From the NCBI GenBank assembly GCA_963740315.1, contig CAVUDP010000001.1, positions 1,536,001-1,600,000 of the forward strand: a stretch of 64,000 bases of DNA, in the 5' to 3' direction. The position numbers were made by a program, and so were the translations under genes. Shown here piece after piece: positions 9,718 through 19,100 of this stretch; the first letter of the stretch is position 1, and every line of letters begins with the position of its first letter. The DNA is from an uncultured cyanobacterium. GTDB taxonomy: Bacteria; Cyanobacteriota; Cyanobacteriia; Cyanobacteriales; Nostocaceae. The notes beneath the pieces are model-generated. The model was not told the origin of the DNA. It ran no database searches and saw nothing but the letters and a program-made list of their open reading frames with translations.

Positions 9718-11913
9718 TCACCGCTTCTTCTTTAAAACAGGAGTCAAATACTCCCCACAACCCGACAACCGAATCGCACTACACCCAAACTGATAAGCAA
9801 ACTCAATTGATTCCCCAGCACCCAAAGCACTGTAAAAACCCACAGCAAATTCAATACTAGCCTTATCCCCAATCGAACGATTCATCCCGATTACATAGGG
9901 AACATATTTGACAATAGCTCCAGCTTGAACTTCTGAATAACAAGCATTGAGCAATACACACTCAACATTATCTGCAAATAGCTTAAATAGTTCAGCTAGT
10001 GCTTCCCCATCTACAAATTGCATATTCCCAATTTCATCTTCCAACACTAAACCATCATCCCCGGAACCATGACCGGAAAAATGCACAATTCGCGGTTTAA
10101 AATCTAATAAAGCTTGGGAAACATCGCGAATCCTTACAGCCCAACGTTGCTTGAGGTCAAATTGTTCCCGTTTTTTGGCTCGCTGCAATCCTGCATCAAT
10201 TTCCCTTACTTCTTCATCTAATCTCAATGAAGTTGTAGCTTTGGGATTAGCAGCTAAAATCAAAATTGTTTTTACGGCATAATAATCAGAACTTTGTAAT
10301 GCCGTTTGTATCATATTTTCTACATTAGAAATTCTACTATCTTGCTCTGAGAGCAATAATTTCATTTCTTCTGCTGGCAAACCTTTTAATTGATTGTAGG
10401 TATCAAAATAATTGGCACTTAGTTCCGATTTCTCAGTAACTGCTGTGGTTTTAGCTCGGAGCAAAAAATTATTTTCACCTTTAACTTCCATTCCCACAAT
10501 TCGCAATCCTGCTTCGGGGTTATTCTCCACTAACTGCTTCAGAGAAATGGCGATCGCGCGGGGGTCAACACCTTGGTTATGATAAAGGTCAAGAGTATCA
10601 AAAATCGGTTTAATAAAGTCACCAAATTCCCCATCTGCAAACACTTCCTGCAAATTATCTGGTTTACGCAAGGGGTCGGGATTATTTTTTGTGGGCAGTC
10701 TCATGTACACATACTCACATTTCACCCCAGTAAATATACTATTATTAGTAATACCCCAATCTTCAATATATGCTCCAGTAAGAATCGAACCTGTAAAATC
10801 GGTTCCAGCTAACTGTGTTTGTACCAGCTTGGCTCTGGATAAATCCGTATCCTGTAAATTGGCTTTGCTCAAGTCAGCACTAATAAAACTTGCGTCTGCT
10901 AAATTTGCTCCCTTCAGGTTTACCCCTCGTAAATCAAAATTATCAAAATTGATTTCTTGCCCGTATCCTGTAATCAAGACTTGTTGTAATTTCGCATTTT
11001 TTAAATAACTAGCTCCACAGCGAACCCGGTTAAGCATTTTCACTTTTTGGAAGCAAGTGCGGGTAAGTTTGGCTTTACAGAAGTTTGTACTTTGCAGAGT
11101 AGCTTGAGTGAAATTGGCATCTGTTAAATCGGTATTGTCAAAGCTCGTACCCTTAAAAGCCGCAATAATAATCGCAAACTCGCGTATAGAAGCATATTTT
11201 TCTTCACCGAGGAGGGCTAAACGAGCAATGTAAATACCAACCAAGAAAAATACTACCGTAAAAGAAACAGCAAAGGCTACAGCATACCCTTTAGTAATAG
11301 ACAAGCGAGCAACAAACGCACCAGAAATAGCAAAAGTTACTGCAAATGCAAACAATAGGGCTACAGCAAACCTTCTAGCAATGGCAAAGGCTACAGCTAT
11401 AGTCACAGCAAAGGTTGCAGCAATAGTTAAAGTTGCAGTAATTGAAAATACTCCAGCAATAGCGATAGCTAAGGTTTGATCGGTAAAAAAGGCAATAGCA
11501 AAAGCTGCAATTCCACCAATAGCTATAGCGAATGCTCCAGCAACTGTTGCGGTATTTACTTCTATTCCAAAACGAATAATAACTCTAAGGTAGACAAACA
11601 GTACAAATAAACTTGCCCAGCCAGCGATTTGGTATGAGAAATGGTCACGATTAAATATCAACCGCGATACCATAGCACCAGTAAAACCAGAGAAAAACCC
11701 CGATAATCCCGCCAGTAAACACGAAGCTATAACAATCACAATAGCCCAACGTCTTTGCAATCCAGCTTTTGCATGACAAAATTTAGTCTCCCGAAGAATT
11801 GCACCAGTAAAATTTGTACTGCGGATATCCGCGTAGCTAAAATCAGCACCTGTAAGGTCTAAACCTTTGAAAGAGCGTCCTTGGAGATTTTGACCGGAGA
11901 AGTCCTGCGGCAT
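9718..11913 (-). CDS. Pentapeptide-repeat multi-TM protein with a C-terminal CHAT (caspase-like) domain
   Basis: A(D/N)L/F pentapeptides flank a hydrophobic block; ILILAANP...LRLDEEVREI, VHFSGHG and LNACYS dyad motifs. Confidence 0.9.
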   Translation of the reverse strand: MPQDFSGQNLQGRSFKGLDLTGADFSYADIRSTNFTGAILRETKFCHAKAGLQRRWAIVIVIASCLLAGLSGFFSGFTGAMVSRLIFNRDHFSYQIAGWASLFVLFVYLRVIIRFGIEVNTATVAGAFAIAIGGIAAFAIAFFTDQTLAIAIAGVFSITATLTIAATFAVTIAVAFAIARRFAVALLFAFAVTFAISGAFVARLSITKGYAVAFAVSFTVVFFLVGIYIARLALLGEEKYASIREFAIIIAAFKGTSFDNTDLTDANFTQATLQSTNFCKAKLTRTCFQKVKMLNRVRCGASYLKNAKLQQVLITGYGQEINFDNFDLRGVNLKGANLADASFISADLSKANLQDTDLSRAKLVQTQLAGTDFTGSILTGAYIEDWGITNNSIFTGVKCEYVYMRLPTKNNPDPLRKPDNLQEVFADGEFGDFIKPIFDTLDLYHNQGVDPRAIAISLKQLVENNPEAGLRIVGMEVKGENNFLLRAKTTAVTEKSELSANYFDTYNQLKGLPAEEMKLLLSEQDSRISNVENMIQTALQSSDYYAVKTILILAANPKATTSLRLDEEVREIDAGLQRAKKREQFDLKQRWAVRIRDVSQALLDFKPRIVHFSGHGSGDDGLVLEDEIGNMQFVDGEALAELFKLFADNVECVLLNACYSEVQAGAIVKYVPYVIGMNRSIGDKASIEFAVGFYSALGAGESIEFAYQFGCSAIRLSGCGEYLTPVLKKKR

Positions 11914-12152
11914 AACTGCGTCAGTTGTCAGCTAAAATTTTTACATTATTGTTATTATTTACCATTATTTGGTATTTATTTATAATGGGAATATCACAAT
12001 TAAATCTGTAAGCCAAAGTTAGCGCTTAAAAGTTATCCACCTCAATCGAATGGTTTAAGTGCTTGGATTACCCTCTGGCGACTTTCCCGCCAATTTTAAT
12101 TCGGATGCTGTTTTCTTTTCTGCGATTCTAGTTATATTTAACTCTTCATGTA

Positions 12153-12416
12153 CTATTTTAGTAACATGGAACCATCGCTTGTTGTTAACGTAAGATTATG
12201 CATTCCAACAACACAATCCGGTTCAAAATCATTAGGTAACATCAAAACCATCCAACTTTTAGAGCTATAAGTAGTAGGTTTTGTTAATGGGTGATAATTA
12301 AACAATTCAGTAACGGATTCGCAAAAAACATCTACTCCGTAAGCTTCTAGAATTTTCTGCAATTTATCATTACATTCTGGGATTTGATTTGGATTAAACT
12401 GAGAATTGATTTTCAC
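12153..12416 (-). CDS. Hypothetical protein, paralog of 937..1215
   Basis: 87-aa ORF with the shared DVFCESVTELFNYHPLTK motif. Confidence 0.55.
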   Translation of the reverse strand: MKINSQFNPNQIPECNDKLQKILEAYGVDVFCESVTELFNYHPLTKPTTYSSKSWMVLMLPNDFEPDCVVGMHNLTLTTSDGSMLLK

Positions 12417-12465
12417 AATTTACCTACCTAATATTTGATAATTTTTTCGCCCTTCGCGTTGCTTA

Positions 12466-12696
12466 TTAAAGAGTACAAAGCTTAATCTTTCTCGGTTTCT
12501 CTTTATAGCCAACTCGTATAATTTTAGCTATCATCTGTCCTTGTTCGATTGTTAATTCAAGTACACCTAATAAATTCTCTACTCCGTCTTGCACTTCAAT
12601 TGTGGCTTTTATTTCTTCGATAGTAGTGACAATAAAAACTTTGTCATCACTATCAGCACTTTGTAAAATAAAGTTTGCACAAATAGGAGTTTTCAT
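12466..12696 (-). CDS. Small hypothetical protein
   Basis: 76-aa ORF with GAGG RBS, co-oriented in the cluster. Confidence 0.65.
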   Translation of the reverse strand: MKTPICANFILQSADSDDKVFIVTTIEEIKATIEVQDGVENLLGVLELTIEQGQMIAKIIRVGYKEKPRKIKLCTL

Positions 12697-12790
12697 ACTT
12701 ATCCTCAGCTATAAAATTAGAAGCAACACAATTTACTGAAAAAAAATAAAGCTGAGTCAAGTGAACCCAGCCTTATTATTATTTTTCTAA

Positions 12791-13687
12791 TTAATTAGAA
12801 CAGCATTCTGAAAAACTTTGCTCAACAACAGAAACATTTTCGATATCGCTGTCTTTACCGTCCCAATCGTAACCATGTTCTTCAGCCCAAGCTTTCGCTT
12901 CCTTCAGTTTGCTAGTACGAGAACTAACTACTTTTCTTAAATCAGCGTCACTCAGTTCTTGAGATACCGTATTACGTGCTATTAAGGTTTCAGCGTGCTT
13001 GAGGTTAACCCGTTCAATATCTTCTTGTTGTTCAAGTCGTTTCATCTCGTTGCGCTTATTCATGCGTTCTTTGTTAAGCACTATTAGTAATTCACTCAAA
13101 GCGTAGATAATTTTCACCCGGAGTTCGTTGCGATATTCTTGTTCCTCACTACTTAAATAATCTTCGGAATCCAGTTCAATCCATTCTTCAATTTCATCAG
13201 AAGTTAGGTTGCATTTGATTTCAATTAGTCGATGTTGGTGTTCTGGTTCCAACAGCAAAATATCCAATTGCTCGACTATATAATTCCGAAGATTCTTATG
13301 GATATTTTGAAGCTGCTTCTCGTCGGGATTTTGTTTGTCAATCATGGAGATATCGCCAACACCAGATGCAAATATTTCAGTTAAACGCTGATGCTGCCAA
13401 CTGTAGTAGGATTTCATGTCGTACTCTGGTGGTGTATAACCTCGGCGATCGCCTTCATTATCAGCATAAGGATTTTGGTATTCGTTGCGGTATCCAGGAG
13501 CAATCAGAAATTGTTGCAATTCTCCATCTTCTTTAGCTTCTGACCATAATTGTTTCCAATCAAGTAGATTTATAGCTTGGGATTTAGTTTCATACCACAA
13601 GGCTGCAACGCGGTAGTAGTATTGAATTGTTTCTTTGCGAGCAGATGTTTGTTGACCAAGTTGGCGATTCTTTTTGATGTTAAGCAT
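12791..13687 (-). CDS. Hypothetical protein (acidic, coiled-coil)
   Basis: 298-aa ORF; hairpin at about 12747-12776 downstream. Confidence 0.7.
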   Translation of the reverse strand: MLNIKKNRQLGQQTSARKETIQYYYRVAALWYETKSQAINLLDWKQLWSEAKEDGELQQFLIAPGYRNEYQNPYADNEGDRRGYTPPEYDMKSYYSWQHQRLTEIFASGVGDISMIDKQNPDEKQLQNIHKNLRNYIVEQLDILLLEPEHQHRLIEIKCNLTSDEIEEWIELDSEDYLSSEEQEYRNELRVKIIYALSELLIVLNKERMNKRNEMKRLEQQEDIERVNLKHAETLIARNTVSQELSDADLRKVVSSRTSKLKEAKAWAEEHGYDWDGKDSDIENVSVVEQSFSECCSN

Positions 13688-13796
13688 GATTGAAGCGATA
13701 TAGTATTCAAGATTGTCTGCACCCTTTAATAATTCAATTAAAGAGTTATTTATTCACCTTTTTTAGTGCGAAGCACATGACGTTAGGATTGATTTT

Positions 13797-14108
13797 TCAA
13801 TTTTTGTAATTAGTTTTTATCGGCTTACAAAGCGGGCATAAGCTAACTGAATTATGACGCTGCTTTAATTGTTTTTCTAATTCGCGATTACATTTTGACC
13901 AGTGACGAACAAGTTGCAATTGATATTTGTAATCTTGCACAACAGCACGAGTTATTTTTGCACCTACGCCACTGTTATGTTCTTCTAAACGCTTTTTTAA
14001 ACTTCTGCTGGTATAGCCCAAATAATGTTGAGCAGTTCCTTTCGGATTCTTTAGGTTGCCGATGGGATGGGAGAAATGTAACAGGTAAACATAACCCATG
14101 ATATGCAC
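13797..14108 (-). CDS. Small GIY-YIG nuclease-family protein
   Basis: GYVYLL...HYLGYT...RLEEHNSG.GAK...E..LK. Confidence 0.8.
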   Translation of the reverse strand: MHIMGYVYLLHFSHPIGNLKNPKGTAQHYLGYTSRSLKKRLEEHNSGVGAKITRAVVQDYKYQLQLVRHWSKCNRELEKQLKQRHNSVSLCPLCKPIKTNYKN

Positions 14109-14230
14109 CGCTTAGATTGTTTTTACAACCGTCGGCTAGTGCTAATTTAGGCTTCTTGAAATTTCTATCAAATTATATTTTTGATAAAATTTTAAACTAG
14201 AGCTGTTTGACTCACTTCAGCCCGCTTTTT

Positions 14231-14974
14231 CTAACGACTAAAAACGTAGATTTTTCTAAGCCCGACTTCAATAGAGAAGTAGGAATCAATAAACCAGTCT
14301 CGTGCAATTGCTTTCCAATCAATGTAGAATGCAGGAATATTTAATTCTTCAAGCTGTTGAATTATTCCGCACTCTTCCCACATTCGGTAAACAAAATCTT
14401 CATCCTCTTCGTATTCACCCAAGTAACGGTCTTTAAAATCTTCTTCTGTTGCATATTCGCTGTAATGTTGGTAATAAACTGCGTAAGCTTTACCATGTTC
14501 TTCTAACAATTGCGCCAGTTCAGAAACATGATTTATATCTTCATATTCATTAAGCTGTATTCCTTCCCAACATTCGTAATCATGTATCGCCCATTCGTCA
14601 CAAGGTTCTGTATCTGCAACTGGCGACCATGAAAGCATCCATTTGATATCATCTTCAATATCTTCTGGTTGTTGAGTGCCATCAATCCACAAGCCATGTA
14701 AATACCCAGCATTATAAGCACTCAGGCAAGCTACATAAATTTTGGGTGTTTCATCATCGGTGCATTCTCTTTCATATGACGGAAATGGCAAAGAACATTT
14801 TAAACTAGCATTTCTTATGGGAGCTTTTACTTGAGCTAAAGCAACAGCTAAATTTAAAGCTCTTAAATCAATATTTTGAACAAATAAAATATTGTCCAAA
14901 CGTTCAACATTGTAAAGCTGTTCTGCTACTGATACAGCATCTAGTTCTGAATCAAATATTATATTCATTGTCAA
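14231..14974 (-). CDS. ardA: Antirestriction protein ArdA with an N-terminal extension
   Basis: PKIYVACLSAYNAGYLHGLWID, EWAIHDYE, YIDWKAIARD; very acidic. Confidence 0.92.
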   Translation of the reverse strand: MTMNIIFDSELDAVSVAEQLYNVERLDNILFVQNIDLRALNLAVALAQVKAPIRNASLKCSLPFPSYERECTDDETPKIYVACLSAYNAGYLHGLWIDGTQQPEDIEDDIKWMLSWSPVADTEPCDEWAIHDYECWEGIQLNEYEDINHVSELAQLLEEHGKAYAVYYQHYSEYATEEDFKDRYLGEYEEDEDFVYRMWEECGIIQQLEELNIPAFYIDWKAIARDWFIDSYFSIEVGLRKIYVFSR

Positions 14975-14998
14975 ATATTTTTGTTTAATGAAGTGAAA

Positions 14999-15019
14999 GG
15001 GCAGTTTTAAAACTTGCCC
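14999..15019. promoter_or_regulatory. Short hairpin just upstream of ardA
   Basis: gggcagttttaaaacttgccc; function unknown. Confidence 0.35.
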
Positions 15020-15046
15020 CAGGTGTTACAAATTAGCGATTAGTTA

Positions 15047-15358
15047 TCATTTAAGACCGTTACTGTTTTGCAAACATTCTGATGCTTGGATTTGACAACT
15101 ACAGTTTTTCATTTCTTCGAGTTCCCATTGCAAAGTTTCTATTTTCTGATTGATTTGTTGTTCCGTCACGTTGCGAAGATTGTTCAACAACTTTTCTAAA
15201 ATAGGTATTTGGTTGGGATGAAATTCAATTGTAAATTTTTCGTTGTCAGCAAAACAAATAACAAGTTCAACAAAACCAGACAGAATAAAGGTATTTAGGT
15301 AAGTAGTGTCTAGTAATTTAATGCTTGTTGAACGATAAACTTCTATGTTGCTTTCCAT
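15047..15358 (-). CDS. Hypothetical protein
   Basis: 103-aa ORF at the head of the minus-strand cluster. Confidence 0.6.
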   Translation of the reverse strand: MESNIEVYRSTSIKLLDTTYLNTFILSGFVELVICFADNEKFTIEFHPNQIPILEKLLNNLRNVTEQQINQKIETLQWELEEMKNCSCQIQASECLQNSNGLK

Positions 15359-15555
15359 TACAATATTTTCATTAATTTTTCACCCTCAGCAACAGCTAAG
15401 TTTGTATTAACATCAAATAGATGCTTCTGGAATATTTTCTCCATATAGCAAGGGTTTAAGCAACTCATTTTTAGACGGAACTTCATTTTCTGTATAGTAA
15501 TTTTTTAATTATCAAGTTCATTTATCAATAATTTCTAGAATTAATGATTTTCTTA

Positions 15556-15790
15556 CATTGCAAACCATATTGCGGGTGTCCTCGCCAGAAACCATTTAAT
15601 TGAAGCGTTTGTCCTGGCTGAATACCTGCAAAGCTACCCGTAATGGTAGTTAATTCCGATACCCTCGGGCGTTGCAATCGCGCCACCGTATAACCCGAGT
15701 CTTGGGAATGGTAAGTCAAGCGTTCAACCACCCCCATGATTTATTCTTGCTTGGGAGTGGCGTTTATTTGTTGTGGGTTAACATCCACTG
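15556..15790 (-). pseudogene. recD2: 5' fragment of a RecD2/YrrC-like helicase
   Basis: ...QQINATPKQE*IMGVVERLTYHSQDSGYTVARL...GQTLQLNGFWRGHPQYGLQ, then similarity ends; internal stop, no helicase core. Confidence 0.8.
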
Positions 15791-16031
15791 GGGAGTAAAG
15801 CAGATGAAAACCAAATGGGGAACCTGTAACACCCAAGCGAAACGCATTTGGTGAAACCTCGAACTCGCGAAAAAAGCCCAACATTGTTTAGAATATGTTG
15901 TAGTTCATGAAATGGTGCATTTACTCGAAAGAAGTCATGGAGAGCGGTTTGTGGCTTTGATGAATAAATTTATGCCCAATTGGCGGTTTTATAAGGATGA
16001 GTTGAATCGTTCGTCTTTGGGGGATTATTGA
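15787..16031 (+). pseudogene. 3' fragment of a YgjP/DUF45 (M48/SprT-like) zinc metalloprotease
   Basis: WGVKQMKTKWGTCN...IW*NLELAKK...LEYVVVHEMVHLLERSHGERF; HExxH present, in-frame TGA at 15852-15854, N-terminus missing. Confidence 0.8.
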
Positions 16032-16165
16032 GTTGGGTTTTGGGGATTGTATTATAAAGGGGTGGAATAATAGTAATTTATTAGCTAATCTCTGTAATTT
16101 TACGGAATTTAGGGTGCTGGGTTTGAATCTTTTTATAAATACCTCATCACCTCAGCCCTTATCCT

Positions 16166-19100
16166 ATGAACGAACAACGTCAGGAAGCTTATCTAAACCT
16201 CATTCAAAGCTTATTAAGTTTTCGTCGTAATAAAAAGAAAATCCAAGAGATTTTGGCAGCAAATCAAGATTTATTTGATGCTGACTTTTTGCGAGTACTA
16301 GAAGTTGTGGCAGAAGTTAAATCAGAATCAGGACAGGAAAATATTGCCAATTGGTTAAGAAGGCTAGCTACATATCTAAATACTCCAGCCACACCTTTAT
16401 CCATGAAAGAACAGCGTCAGCAAGCTTATCATAATCTCATTCAAAGCCTGTTGAATTGCCGTAGTAACGATGAAGTCCGAGAAATTTTGGCAGCAAATGA
16501 AAAATTATTTGATACTGATTTCTTGCAGACAGTAGAAGCGGTAGCACAGACGTTTTCAAAGAACGGGGACGAGAACACAGCAAATTGGCTGCGAAATTTG
16601 GCAATGAATGAATACCGTCACCAAGCCTACTTCAATCTAATTGAAAGTTTGTTGAATTGTGGCAATGATGATGAAATTTCAAAAACTTTGATAGCGAATC
16701 AAGAGTTAATTGATGCTGGCTTCTTACAGGCAGTAGAGATAATGGCAAAAACATATTCTCAGAATGGGCATGAGAGTACAGCAAGTTGGTTACAAAATTT
16801 GGCAGCTAGCCTATACCGTCAACAAGCATATTCTAGACTAATTCAAAGTCTGTTGAATTGTGGCAATGATGATGAAGTCTCACAGACTTTGGTAGAAAAT
16901 CAAGAATTAATTGATGCTGGCTTCTTACGGGCAGTAGAGATGGTGGCGCAAACATTATCTCAAAATGGGGAAGAGAACATAGCAAACTGGCTGCAAAATT
17001 TGGTAATGCACCTGAAGAAGTCACAATTTCTGATTGAAGTGCTACAAGCAATAGCTAACAATAGGGGTGATTTACAAATGATTTACCCCTTGCTGGAAAA
17101 GAATATAGACAAACTTGATGAAGTATTAGCAGAAATACTACTCCGGTGGGGAACAAATACACTAGAGAAAATGGAATTGGATATAGCAGAATCTCTGGTA
17201 TCAGATATTGTTGAATATAGCAATATAATGCAAAAGTTTCCTTTAGGAAACAAAGCCAGCAACATAGAAATTGCGATCGCTGGCTATGAAGTTGCGCTAC
17301 AAATATATACTAGGGAAGCTTTGCCTGAAAATTGGGCAATGACGCAAAATAATCTCGCTAGTGCCTATTTTGAAAGAATTAAAGGAGACAGGGCAGAGAA
17401 TATTGAAAAAGCGATCGCTGCTGCTACTGCTGCTTCAACTGTCAGAACTAGGGAAGCTTTGCCTGAAGATTGGGCAATAACGCAAAATAACCTTGCAAAT
17501 GCCTATTGTAACAGAATTAAAGGAGACAGGGCAGAGAATATTGAAAAAGCGATCGCTGCTCATACTGCTGCTTTAACTGTCAGAACCAGGGAAGCTTTGC
17601 CTGAAGATTGGGCAATGACGCAAAATAACCTTGCAAATGCCTATTGTGAAAGAATTAAAGGAGACAAGGCAGAGAATATTGAAAAAGCGATCGCTGCTTA
17701 TGCTGCTATTTTAACCGTCAGAACCCAGGAAGCTTTGCCTGAAGGTTGGGCAATGACGCAAAATAATCTCGCTACTGCCTATTACGATAGAATTAAAGGA
17801 GACAAGGCAGATAACATCGAAAAAGTGATCGCTGCTGCTACTGCTGCTTCAACCGTTTTCACAAGAAAAGCTTCACCACAATCTTGGGCAATAACACAAA
17901 ATAATCTCGCAAATGCCTACAGCGATAGAATCAAAGGAGACAGGGCAGATAACATTGAAAAAGCAATCGCTGCTTATACTGCTGCTTTAACTGTCACAAC
18001 CAGGGAAGCTTTGCCTTTAGATTGGGCTACGACGCAACACAATATCGGTCGCGCCTACACCCATAGAGTCAAAGGAGACAGAGCAGATAACATCGAAAAA
18101 GCAATCCCTGCTTATGCTGCTGCTTTAACTATCTACACCAAGGATGCTTTGCCTTTAGATTGGGCAATAACGCAAAATAATCTCGCAGGAGTTTACAGGG
18201 ATAGAATTAAAGGAGACAAGGCAGAAAATATTGAAAAAGCGATTACTTGTTCCCGAAATGCTTTAGAATTTATGACTTCTGACGCTTTTCCCCAAAAGTA
18301 TGCAGAAGCTTTGTTCGGACTAGGAATCGCTTACCAAAAGGTAAACCAGCTTAACTTAGCACACAATGCTTTTGAGTCTGCCATTGCCACCATAGAATCT
18401 TTACGAGAAGAAATAATTTCTGGTGAAGAAAGCAAACGTAAACAAGCGGAATACTTTGGCGAAAATTATCGCCGTATGGTGGAAGTTTGCTTGGAATTAG
18501 GGAAGAAAACAGAAGCAATTGAATATGTTGAACGTAGTAAAACCCGCAATTTAGTTGAACAAATCCTCGAACGTGACTCTAAAACCATCTTCCCTTCAGA
18601 AGTAGTTACTCAACTAGAAACATACAGAGATGAAATAGCCACAGGACAATATCAAATCCAAAATGGCAAAGCTGAAAATCCCAAAGTCCTTGCCCAACAT
18701 CTTCAACAATTGCGACAGCAGCGTAATGAATTGCAAAACGAATATTTACCTGTTGGTTATGGTTTCAAATTTGACTCATTCCAAGCTACTTTGGATGAGC
18801 GTACAGCCATTATTGAGTGGTATATTCTCAATGACAAAATTCTGGCGTTTATTGTCACACAAACAGGAGAAGTAAAAGTTTGGCAATCCTCAACAGAAGA
18901 TAGAGAAGCTTTCCTAAATTGGGGAAATAAATATTTGCGGAACTACTACACTCAAAAAGACCAATGGCAAAATAGCTTAGGGGAAGAACTCAAAGAATTA
19001 GCTTCGGTTTTGCACATTGATAAAATATTAACCCAGATACCAAAGCACTGCGATAAACTCATCCTAATTCCCCATTTGTTCTTGCATTTATTCCCTCTTC

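Noticed and set aside
15672..15854. 60-aa ORF from the track
   Set aside because: Chimera of antisense recD2 sequence and the YgjP fragment
17315..18280. Regularly spaced repeats suggesting a CRISPR array
   Set aside because: The 138-bp units are in-frame TPR coding repeats with no unique spacers and no cas genes
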